Positions 9,009-17,264 of a stretch of 32,000 nt of DNA are shown here, in pieces (position 1 is the first letter of the stretch; every line of letters starts with the position of its first letter). The notes beneath the pieces were generated by a model that searched no databases, was not told the origin of the DNA, and worked only from the letters and a program-made list of their open reading frames with translations. Source of the stretch: Promethearchaeum syntrophicum (GTDB lineage Archaea > Asgardarchaeota > Lokiarchaeia > Sigyniarchaeales > Promethearchaeaceae); contig NZ_CP042905.2 of the NCBI RefSeq assembly GCF_008000775.2, forward strand, positions 1,020,001 through 1,052,000, written 5' to 3'. The position numbers and the translations under genes were made by a program.

Positions 9009-10160
9009 ATGGTTGAAAAATGGTCTGCAGTAATACTCGCTGGTGGATTAGGTTCCCGATTAAACCCCCTAACTGCAAAAATTTGTAAACCAATGGTTCC
9101 AGTATGCAATAGACCAATGGTTGATTATGCAATTGACCATTTAAGATATGCTGGAATAAAAAAAATTATTATTGTAGTAAAGCATCTCGGAAATGAACTT
9201 CGTGACCTAATTAATTCAACTTGGACTAAAGAAATCTGTGAAAATTTGGGAATAGAAATATTAATTCCGAAGGTGAACTCAATGGGAACTGCAGATGCTG
9301 TTCGAAAAGTAGCAGATGAAATTACTTCAGAAAATTTCGTTGTATCTATGGCTGACATTGTTACAAATCTACCTATGACAAATTTTATGACCTATCATCT
9401 AAAAAAAAAAGCCCAAGCTACCGTTAGTATGAAAAGAATTGAAGAAATGGCTACAAAATACGGCAATACTCTCCTTGATAATGATGGAAAAATTATCCGA
9501 TTTTTAGAAAAACCTTCAAGTCAAGAAATTTATTTATCGGCATTAACAAGAAGAAATGCTCAAACTCTCCCTATAATTAACACCGGAATTTATTGTTTTA
9601 ATCGTGAAATATTAGATCTGATTAAAGAAACAACTTTCATGGATTTTGGAAAGGAAATATTCCCGTATCTACTCGAACATCAATATCGACTTTATGGCTT
9701 TGTTGATGATTATTATTGGTTAGATGTAGGTAATCCAACTACCTACTTATGGAGTAATTGGGATATTCTCAGACTATACGGATGGCCAATTACTCCGCCA
9801 GGCAGTCAAGAGGAGAAATTTAAATGGTTTCTGGAAAAACCGCCATCTCATCTAAAATATAATGAGAACATTTGCATTGGAAAGAATTGCACTTTTGGTC
9901 AAAATAATTATATCAGCAGTTTATCATCAATTGGTTCAAATTGTACTTTCGGTGTTAATGTGAAAGTAGACAAAAGCGTGATTTGGGATAATGTTAAGAT
10001 TGGAAATAATGTAATAATTGAACAAAGCGTTGTTGCAAATGGTTCTGTCATTGGAGATGATTGTGTTATCAAGAGCAACACTATTATTGGCCCTCACTCT
10101 AAAATTCGATCAAAAAGTGAATTAAACGCTAAAACACTTCAAGCTGACTCAAACATCTAG
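9009..10160 (+). CDS. Sugar-1-phosphate nucleotidyltransferase with C-terminal left-handed beta-helix (hexapeptide) repeats
   Basis: AVILAGGLGSRLNPLTAKICKPMVPVCNRPMVDYAIDHL, VSMADIVTN, DYYWLDVGNPTTYLWSNW, then I-G-x-N-C-T-type hexapeptide repeats. Confidence 0.93.
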   Translation: MVEKWSAVILAGGLGSRLNPLTAKICKPMVPVCNRPMVDYAIDHLRYAGIKKIIIVVKHLGNELRDLINSTWTKEICENLGIEILIPKVNSMGTADAVRKVADEITSENFVVSMADIVTNLPMTNFMTYHLKKKAQATVSMKRIEEMATKYGNTLLDNDGKIIRFLEKPSSQEIYLSALTRRNAQTLPIINTGIYCFNREILDLIKETTFMDFGKEIFPYLLEHQYRLYGFVDDYYWLDVGNPTTYLWSNWDILRLYGWPITPPGSQEEKFKWFLEKPPSHLKYNENICIGKNCTFGQNNYISSLSSIGSNCTFGVNVKVDKSVIWDNVKIGNNVIIEQSVVANGSVIGDDCVIKSNTIIGPHSKIRSKSELNAKTLQADSNI

Positions 10161-10331
10161 CTCGTTATTGTTTTTTTAATTACATTTTTACAATTATTTT
10201 TCGACATTTAATCTTAAAAATTCATCAATACAAATTTAAGCATTTAAAACCTAGTTAAACCATAAATACATTGTAAAAATAATTCAGCCAATTAAAACAC
10301 TATAAAAACGAAATAATTGTTGAGTATCCTT

Positions 10332-10880
10332 ATGTCTGGTCTTCGTGAATATATCTTCAAAATTGTAATTTTAGGTGATGGAAAAGTAGGTAAAACTTCC
10401 CTAGTATTACAATACACCGAGCATAAGTTCAACGAAAATTATATAATGTCTATTGGTGCAAATTTTGCAATAAAGATGGTCCATGTTAAAGATAATACTA
10501 TCATTCGACTTCAACTTTGGGATCTTGCTGGTCAACAACATTTTCAATTTGTGAGACCGAGTTTCTATCGTGGAGCTTTTGCTTCAATATTCGTTTTTGA
10601 TCTTACTCGAAGAGATTCTTTTAACAGTATTCGTAAATGGAAGGAAGAGTGTGATCAATATGTACCTGGAATTCCTCTTGTTCTAGTAGGGAATAAATCT
10701 GATTTAAATGATGAACGCGTTGTATCTCGAAGAGAAGGACAGGCACTTTCTTTGGAAATTGGCTCAGATTATTATTATGAAACTAGTGCTAAAACTGCGG
10801 ATAACATCGAAAAACTATTTTTAGATATCACTGATACTCTTATTGAAAAACATATAACGAATAGAAATTCAAAATCATGA
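10332..10880 (+). CDS. Rab/Ras-like small GTPase (ORF opens at TTG 10317; ATG 10332)
   Basis: G1 GDGKVGKTSLV, G3 WDLAGQQHF, G4 NKSD, G5 ETSAKT. No C-terminal prenylation Cys (ends HITNRNSKS). Confidence 0.95.
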   Translation: MSGLREYIFKIVILGDGKVGKTSLVLQYTEHKFNENYIMSIGANFAIKMVHVKDNTIIRLQLWDLAGQQHFQFVRPSFYRGAFASIFVFDLTRRDSFNSIRKWKEECDQYVPGIPLVLVGNKSDLNDERVVSRREGQALSLEIGSDYYYETSAKTADNIEKLFLDITDTLIEKHITNRNSKS

Positions 10881-10918
10881 ATTTTGGTTATATGAATTTT
10901 AATTTTTATTCAGGAACC

Positions 10919-11572
10919 TTATTTTAAAATCGATAACCCGTTTGATATTTCAATTTTCAATTTCTCATGAATTTTTAAAAGGATCGGGTGGTCGGGGGGT
11001 AAATTTGCTTCAAGTAATTCCCTTTCTTTATAATTTCCTTCAGAATACAATCTTTCTAATTCCTCTTCAGTTAAAGCTTTCTCATTTTGAATAAGTTGTT
11101 GTGCAAGATCCAGAGTTGTTTTATTTATATGCAAAGGATCTACATCCTCTTCTGAAATTATATCCCAAGTTTCTATTGTTTTTTTTTTCTTTTTGAACTG
11201 TAATGAATCAATAGGCATGGGAATATCAAGAAATACTTTGTTACTGTCATTATGTGGTAAAAATTTTCTAAAAAATATGTTTCCATTCAATTTTTTATTC
11301 TTAATTATCCATTTAATTAATGCGGTATCAATAATATCTAGTTTAATAGAAACCCATTTATTTATGGTAGAATTTATTTTAAAAGCACCGTAAGCGTAAA
11401 ATGGGCAAAAAATTATAACCATATAAGCGAAAATATTAAGTCCTCTAGCAAAGAAAAAAGCTGAGAGTATAATTAAATTTAAAATTACATCAATGTGTAA
11501 CGCAACCCTTAATTGTGCTCTTCTCTGTGGTAACACTTTTTTCACTTTCTCCAACTTATACCATTTACTCAA
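10919..11572 (-). CDS. Uncharacterised membrane protein with N-terminal TM hairpin
   Basis: Intact ORF with two adjacent hydrophobic segments (VILNLIILSAFFFARGLNIFAYMVIIFCPFYAYGAF) and a charged C-terminal region. It ends just downstream of the convergent GTPase gene. Confidence 0.6.
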   Translation of the reverse strand: MSKWYKLEKVKKVLPQRRAQLRVALHIDVILNLIILSAFFFARGLNIFAYMVIIFCPFYAYGAFKINSTINKWVSIKLDIIDTALIKWIIKNKKLNGNIFFRKFLPHNDSNKVFLDIPMPIDSLQFKKKKKTIETWDIISEEDVDPLHINKTTLDLAQQLIQNEKALTEEELERLYSEGNYKERELLEANLPPDHPILLKIHEKLKIEISNGLSILK

Positions 11573-11698
11573 TGAATTTAATACAAACCAAATTAAAAAA
11601 GTATATTACAAAAAATTGGACCCCTAAAATTATTTAATTTAAAATATCTTCTATTTTTTTGTAGGAAATTAATTATATAAAAAATCGGAGTTTAATGA

Positions 11699-12619
11699 AT
11701 GTCTCAAAAAACATCTAAATTTTGCTGGGGTTGTGGAAATCAGTTAAAACCTGGACAAAAATTTTGCACTCGGTGTGGAAAGGTGGTAACTTCTCAAATC
11801 AAAGCATCTCAACCCATTGTTGAACGTAAACAAGAAACTAAATCAAATTATGGTAAATTAGCACCTGTTCAACAAACTAAAGAGAATTATCAAGAAAGAA
11901 ATATCCCTAAAGTAAATTCTGTTGATTTAAGTGAAATTGAAAAGAAAATCGATGATCTTCGCTCAAGTCTCGGTGGCCAATTTGAGAAACTTGAATATAA
12001 AGTAAACGGATTCAATGTTGAAAATAAAATTATAGATTTAAAATCCAAATTTGATAAATTATTACCTGAAATATCCAATATGAAAGAATTTAAAAAACTC
12101 GAGAAATTGGACCGACTTGATAGATTGGAGAAATTGGATAGACTGGAGAAGTTGGATAATTTAGAAAAACTCGCCACCGCTGAGGATTTAAGAAATCTTG
12201 ACGAAAAAATCAATAATCTGAACACACGAGATTTAGAATCAAAAATTACTTCTCTTGAAGAAAAAATGAATTCAAAGTTGAGTTCTATTGAAGAAGGAAT
12301 CGATAGTTTCCAATCAGATTCAAAAATTGTCAACCTCGCTTCTAATACTGTCGAAAGATTAAACACTATGGATAGAAATATTGAAAATTTTAACCTTGAA
12401 ACTCGAACCCGGTTATCGAAAATGGATGACAAGATTGAAGAATTAAACTCATCGTTATCTGCATTAGTTCCAACCCTTTTGAAATTAAATGAAAAAGTGA
12501 GTAAATTGTTAGTTAAGTCAACAACTAAACCAACTGACATTCAAAAAGGGGCGAAAAAACCAGAAGAGGCCAGTAAACCACCTAAATCTAAATTAGATCT
12601 TCCACCATTTCCCGCTTAA
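11699..12619 (+). CDS. Zinc-ribbon plus long coiled-coil protein
   Basis: N-terminal FCWGCGNQLKPGQKFCTRCGKVV (CxxC...CxxC), then KKLEKLDRLDRLEKLDRLEKLDNLEKL and further heptad-like regions, and a Lys/Pro-rich tail. Confidence 0.7.
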   Translation: MSQKTSKFCWGCGNQLKPGQKFCTRCGKVVTSQIKASQPIVERKQETKSNYGKLAPVQQTKENYQERNIPKVNSVDLSEIEKKIDDLRSSLGGQFEKLEYKVNGFNVENKIIDLKSKFDKLLPEISNMKEFKKLEKLDRLDRLEKLDRLEKLDNLEKLATAEDLRNLDEKINNLNTRDLESKITSLEEKMNSKLSSIEEGIDSFQSDSKIVNLASNTVERLNTMDRNIENFNLETRTRLSKMDDKIEELNSSLSALVPTLLKLNEKVSKLLVKSTTKPTDIQKGAKKPEEASKPPKSKLDLPPFPA

Positions 12620-12762
12620 CATTTTTTCTTTATCTTTTATTTTGGTTTTCAAAAAAATTTTATTCAATGATAATTTTACTAATTCAGATAATTCTCGAAT
12701 ATTATCAAGAACAGAGTAAAAAAATACGTCTTTGTCAATTCGAGAAAAAAAATGTGATTAAA

Positions 12763-12921
12763 ATGCCAGTAACGGACCCATATCTAAGACGCGTAGCTGA
12801 CCACTATCATCTATATGTTTACATTTGCAGGAAATGTGGTGCTCGAAATCCCTTTAGGGCGAAGAAATGCCGAAGATGTCGGAGTAAGGACTTAAGACCT
12901 AAGCGACGCGAGAGAAAGTGA
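12763..12921 (+). CDS. rpl40e: 50S ribosomal protein L40e
   Basis: MPVTDPYLRRVADHYHLYVYICRKCGARNPFRAKKCRRCRSKDLRPKRRERK. The ORF extends upstream to 12667, but the ATG at 12763 matches the family start. Confidence 0.93.
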   Translation: MPVTDPYLRRVADHYHLYVYICRKCGARNPFRAKKCRRCRSKDLRPKRRERK

Positions 12922-12947
12922 CATAAAAATTAAAAGAGAAGATTATC

Positions 12948-13145
12948 ATGCCCAAAGAAATATTTAATGAAGAAGAATTTCTTAACATTGCCAAAAGTTT
13001 GGCTGTTGAGTGCCGTATTAAGAAATCTGGTGATACTGTTAAACTAAAATTACGCACACCGAAACACCTTTATACATACAAAACTGAAACAGGAAAAGCA
13101 GAATCTCTATTAAGTCAGATCGAAATTGAAAAGATCGAATTATAA
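12948..13145 (+). CDS. rpl38e: 50S ribosomal protein L38e
   Basis: MPKEIFNEEEFLNIAKSLAVECRIKKSGDTVKLKLRTPKHLYTYKTETGKAESLL resembles the L38e family (KIKK..D.VK.K.R....LYT). Confidence 0.88.
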   Translation: MPKEIFNEEEFLNIAKSLAVECRIKKSGDTVKLKLRTPKHLYTYKTETGKAESLLSQIEIEKIEL

Positions 13146-13189
13146 GCGCCTTTCATTTTATTCATATTTTTTTCTAATTGTTATTAATA

Positions 13190-13567
13190 ATGGTGAATAC
13201 GATGAGCCTTAAAATCAAATATAAGCAAGTAATTGTTTTACGAACAGACATTAAAATGTCAGTAGGAAAAAAAGTTGCTCAAGGGTGCCACGCTTCAGTA
13301 ATTGCAGTCGAAAACGCCCGAAAAATGACACCCTCAATATTAGGGAGTTGGGGAAATGAGGGGCAACGAAAAATAGCTTTAAAGGTTCAAACTGAAGAGG
13401 ATTTAATTGATGTTTACCAATTAGCAAAATCCTTGCATTTACCATGTTCTATTATTCAAGATGCAGGACTTACTCAGCTTGCACCGGGAACCAAGACTGC
13501 AGTTGGGATTGGACCTGCGTTATCTAGTGATATTGATAAAATAACAAAAACACTAAAATTGCTTTAA
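13190..13567 (+). CDS. pth2: Peptidyl-tRNA hydrolase, Pth2 type (start uncertain: 13178, 13190 or 13202)
   Basis: YKQVIVLRTDIKMSVGKKVAQGCHASVIAVE...WGNEGQRKIALKVQTEEDLIDVYQLAKSLHLPCSIIQDAGLTQLAPGTKTAVGIGPA. Confidence 0.95.
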   Translation: MVNTMSLKIKYKQVIVLRTDIKMSVGKKVAQGCHASVIAVENARKMTPSILGSWGNEGQRKIALKVQTEEDLIDVYQLAKSLHLPCSIIQDAGLTQLAPGTKTAVGIGPALSSDIDKITKTLKLL

Positions 13568-13637
13568 TTTTCATGTTTTACTTAAATCGGAACAATCCTT
13601 AAATAGGAGAAACTACAAAAATCAATAGGTAACAAAA

Positions 13638-14027
13638 ATGCCAATGATATCTCTTCAAATCAGTCAAGATTTAATAAAAAAACTTGATGAAATTCAAGAA
13701 AAACTTGAATATTCTTCTCGTAGCGAGACTTTAAGGGAAAGCGTTTTATTCTTTATTCAAGAACACCAAGATTCACTTCCGATAATCGGTCATAAGATTG
13801 CAGTAATAGTTGTTGTGCACGAAGCGCGTGAAGATATTCTCGATAAATTCTCTTTACAAGTAGAGAAATATGAGAATATTGTAAAATCAGTCACCCAATA
13901 TAATCTGAAGAATAAAATAATGAAAAATTTAATTGTGGCTGGATCTGGCGAAGAAATTGGAGATTTGTTTCATGAATTAAATAGCGAGCGACTTTTCCAA
14001 AGTTCTATTACCTATGTTATTGTATAA
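13638..14027 (+). CDS. NikR/CopG-like ribbon-helix-helix regulator with C-terminal ACT-like domain
   Basis: N-terminal ISLQISQDLIKKLDEIQEKLEYSSRSETLRESVLFFI (RHH), then IAVIVVVHEAREDILDKFSLQVEKYENIVKSVTQYNLKNKIMKNLIVAGSGEEIGDLFHEL, NikR-like in layout. Confidence 0.75.
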   Translation: MPMISLQISQDLIKKLDEIQEKLEYSSRSETLRESVLFFIQEHQDSLPIIGHKIAVIVVVHEAREDILDKFSLQVEKYENIVKSVTQYNLKNKIMKNLIVAGSGEEIGDLFHELNSERLFQSSITYVIV

Positions 14028-14034
14028 TTTTTTT

Positions 14035-14883
14035 TCAAAGCAATTTTAGCGAATAATCCATCTTTATATGTGGATTTAAAATAGTTTGCGATGTACTAAT
14101 AATATCTACTCCTGTTTTTGCATATGCAAGTAGATTTTCTTTATCGATATTTCCTGAAGCTTCAAAGAGAATATGAGATCGATCTTTTATTAACGTTAAC
14201 GCATCAGTAATTTGTTCTGGGGTCATATTATCTAACATAATAATATCTGCTCCGTTCTCTGCTGCTTTTACTATGTCTTCTGTTTTTTCTATTTCAATTT
14301 CAATTTTTTTTGAGAAGCTTAATCGATTTTTGACAGTTTGGAGCAATTTTTCGATATCTCCATTATAGAATTTCAAATGAGTATCCTTGAACATTACCAT
14401 ATCGGAAAGATTCCACCGGTGTGTGTCTCCATCCCCATAAAAAACGGCTTTCTTTTCAAACCAACCAAAACCGGGTGTAATTTTTCTTGTGGCTGCAATC
14501 TTGGTTGACAAATTATTATTACGAATTAATTGTACTAAATCTTTTGTGCTGGTGGCTATTGAAGATAATTTCATTAAAAAATTCAATGCGGTCCTTTCAA
14601 TAGTTAGTATATTTTGCAGATTTCCATTTAATTCCATCAAAATGTCTCCTTGTTCTATTTTATCACCATCATCGAAATTTTGTTTGACTTTAATTCCCCC
14701 ATCTTCAAATAGAAGGGTTGCTTCTTCTGCACCCGCAATTATTCCAGAGGATTTTGCAATTATTTTTGCAGCACCTATTTCTCTTTCAGGAATAAAACTG
14801 CTTGAGAGATCCCCATATCCGATATCTAAATTAAGATACTTTCTTAATCGTGCCAATAATACTGGTTTTGGAATAGTAAACAT
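14035..14883 (-). CDS. nadC: Nicotinate-nucleotide pyrophosphorylase (carboxylating)
   Basis: LNLDIGYGDLSS, ERTALNFLMKLSSIATSTKDLV, KIAATRKITPGFGWFEKKAVFYGDGDTHRWNLSDMVMFKDTHL, IEIEIEKTEDIVKAAENGADIIMLDNMTPEQI. Confidence 0.95.
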   Translation of the reverse strand: MFTIPKPVLLARLRKYLNLDIGYGDLSSSFIPEREIGAAKIIAKSSGIIAGAEEATLLFEDGGIKVKQNFDDGDKIEQGDILMELNGNLQNILTIERTALNFLMKLSSIATSTKDLVQLIRNNNLSTKIAATRKITPGFGWFEKKAVFYGDGDTHRWNLSDMVMFKDTHLKFYNGDIEKLLQTVKNRLSFSKKIEIEIEKTEDIVKAAENGADIIMLDNMTPEQITDALTLIKDRSHILFEASGNIDKENLLAYAKTGVDIISTSQTILNPHIKMDYSLKLL

Positions 14884-14907
14884 ACGTTTTTTCTCCTTAC
14901 ATAAATA

Positions 14908-16587
14908 TTATTTTTCATCCTTTTTTTCCTTTTTATTCTCACTTTTTTTCCGAATCTGATACTGATTCGATGGATAAAGGAGATTTTTTTGTTTTTTTTT
15001 CTCGTTATAAGTATATGGGATATACACTGGTTCTAGGGTAGATGGGTTCAATCCTGTGTAATACATACAGGTAGATATTGACATTGGAGTTGGAGTAAAT
15101 ATTTGAATGCTCTCTGTATTTTGAAAACCTAATTCTTCCAGTTTTTTTCTTAAATCATAAACATCTTCCATTGTACTGCCAGGATGCGCAGTAATAAAAT
15201 AGTATTTTAGATGTTGTTTAAGAGGTTTATTGATTTTATCAAATTTTTCTTTAAATTCATCAAATCTGTCATTAGGTTTATTCATTAAAGTTGACACTTT
15301 TGGAGAAAAATGTTCAGGAGCTATTTTTAAATTACCGGAAATATGGTGTTCAGATAATTCTTTAAGGTATTCATAATAATCAATTGCCAAATCATACCTT
15401 ATTCCGCTCCTAACAAAAGTTTTCTTAATACCCTCAATTTTTCTGCTTTCTTGCAAGAGTTCTAATGCGTTTTCATGTGATTTATTTAAGATTGAACATT
15501 CAATGCAATTATTTTCACATGTATAAGCATTTAGACAATCCATCCCGTACATATTGGCAGATGGTCCTCCGATATCTGATATATACCCTTTAAAATCGGA
15601 AAATTCAGTCATTCGTTTAATTTCAGAGGTAATATTTTCTATACTTCGGGAAATAATTTTAGTTCCTTGATGAAGTGCAATACTACAAAAACTACAATTT
15701 CCAAAACAACCGCGATGAGTTATTATCGAAAACTTGGTCATTTGGAATTCCTTAAATTTCTCAGGAATTTTATATGAAAAAGGGAGTTCATAGAGAGCAT
15801 CCAATTCTTTAGAAGTATAGTTATGCATTTTATATTGAACTATAGCTCGATTATCAACTTGTTGCACTAAATTTTTTTGATTTGAAAATTGTATCTGCAT
15901 TTTACAGAACAACTTATTATCGTGAGTAACTTCCTTATAGGAAGGTAAGATTTCAAAGAGTTTTTTGGAAAATTCAACTTTTCCAAAGGATTCAGCACTT
16001 TTCTTTGAAATTAGGCATGTTCCCGCAATATTTTCTAATCCTTGTTTATTTTTTAATCGTGAAGCAATTTGCTTTATTTGATTTTCTCCAGGCCCATATA
16101 CTAACAAATCTGCTTTAGCATCAAATAAAATTGGTCGCCTTACTTTATTATCCCAATAATCATAATGGGTAAATCTACGGAGAGATGCTTCAACTCCTCC
16201 AATAATTATTGGAATAAAACTTCCTTGAGAGAATTCCTTTTGAGCGCGTCTGATTAATTGAGAATATACAATGATTGCGCGATCTGGAATTTCTGATGAG
16301 AATGGTTTATATGGATCTTCAGACCTGAGTTTCTTTAGAGGAGTATAATTTTGCAGCATGCTATCGATAGCTCCAGAAGTTACCCCATAAAATAAGTTTG
16401 GAAGCCCGAATTTTTTAATGTCCTTTGTAGAACGCCAATCTGGTTTTTCAAGAATTCCAATACTAAATCCCTCTGCTTCTAAAATTCGCGCAATCACTCC
16501 TATTCCTGAGTGCGGATGATCTGCCCAATAGTCGCCACTTACTAGAATTACATCAAAAGGTTTTTTATTTGGATCGGTTGAAATCAA
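14908..16587 (-). CDS. YgiQ-type radical SAM protein (UPF0313-like)
   Basis: FDVILVSGDYWADHPHSGIGVIARILEAEGFSIGI, HRGCFGNCSFCSIALHQG (CxxxCxxC), TPTPMSISTCMYYTG, CENNCIECS. Confidence 0.92.
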   Translation of the reverse strand: MISTDPNKKPFDVILVSGDYWADHPHSGIGVIARILEAEGFSIGILEKPDWRSTKDIKKFGLPNLFYGVTSGAIDSMLQNYTPLKKLRSEDPYKPFSSEIPDRAIIVYSQLIRRAQKEFSQGSFIPIIIGGVEASLRRFTHYDYWDNKVRRPILFDAKADLLVYGPGENQIKQIASRLKNKQGLENIAGTCLISKKSAESFGKVEFSKKLFEILPSYKEVTHDNKLFCKMQIQFSNQKNLVQQVDNRAIVQYKMHNYTSKELDALYELPFSYKIPEKFKEFQMTKFSIITHRGCFGNCSFCSIALHQGTKIISRSIENITSEIKRMTEFSDFKGYISDIGGPSANMYGMDCLNAYTCENNCIECSILNKSHENALELLQESRKIEGIKKTFVRSGIRYDLAIDYYEYLKELSEHHISGNLKIAPEHFSPKVSTLMNKPNDRFDEFKEKFDKINKPLKQHLKYYFITAHPGSTMEDVYDLRKKLEELGFQNTESIQIFTPTPMSISTCMYYTGLNPSTLEPVYIPYTYNEKKKQKNLLYPSNQYQIRKKSENKKEKKDEK

Positions 16588-16589
16588 GA

Positions 16590-17219
16590 TTATTCGCCAA
16601 TTGCTTTTTCTCGAACGGGTCCACGAGGACTGGTTTCTTCAAATATTGTAGCAGTAAAGCTTTCTACAGTGGTTTCTTCTAAATCTTTCCAAGCGTCCGC
16701 TCCCAACCATGCTTTTTGGCAGGTTTGCTGAAGAAAAGTTAAAACATCCCAATTTCGATTGTGTTCAACAGGTACTTGTGGAAGAAGAAGTCCTCGATGA
16801 GCTCCTCGTGATATAATTAATCCATCCTGCCCGATAACTATTTTTTTTAGATATTCTTGGGGATCAGATACGATAATTTTTTCCGGAACAGATAAAATCG
16901 AAATTTCGATCGTAGTATCATCCATTTCATCCAACGTTAAACTGGGAAACCTGGGATCGTCAACAGCTGAAGAAATAGAGACTTTATGTATTGTTTCCCA
17001 TAAGGGAAACCGGGGGAGTATATATCCTATACACCCACGTAATGGATTTCCATTCTTAATTGAATGTGTATTAAGAGTTACGAAAGCTCCGCCTTTATTG
17101 GAAAAATGATCCTTTATTTCTTTTGGGACATCAAATTTCTTTCGTTTAGTTAGAAAATGTTCGATATTATCTCGTGCAAAATGAATTAATTTTTCTCCAT
17201 CTTCTAAATTTAATTTCAT
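16590..17219 (-). CDS. AMMECR1-domain protein
   Basis: GAFVTLNTHSIKNGNPLRGCIGYILPRFPLWETIHKVSISSAVDDPRFPSLTLDEMDDTTIEISILSVPEKI and LLLPQVPVEHNRNWDVLTFLQQTCQKAWL. Confidence 0.95.
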   Translation of the reverse strand: MKLNLEDGEKLIHFARDNIEHFLTKRKKFDVPKEIKDHFSNKGGAFVTLNTHSIKNGNPLRGCIGYILPRFPLWETIHKVSISSAVDDPRFPSLTLDEMDDTTIEISILSVPEKIIVSDPQEYLKKIVIGQDGLIISRGAHRGLLLPQVPVEHNRNWDVLTFLQQTCQKAWLGADAWKDLEETTVESFTATIFEETSPRGPVREKAIGE

Positions 17220-17264
17220 ATGTCTATAGAAGTAAAAGAATGTAAAAATATTCTCTAAATTAAA

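Noticed and set aside
11890-12540. 216-aa minus-strand ORF opposite the coiled-coil protein
   Set aside because: Ser/Leu/Phe/Asn-rich translation is the expected antisense of Lys/Glu/Asp/Leu-rich coiled-coil codons. The + strand has a zinc ribbon supporting it.
14489-14959. 156-aa + strand ORF opposite nadC
   Set aside because: Antisense to the strongly supported NadC frame.
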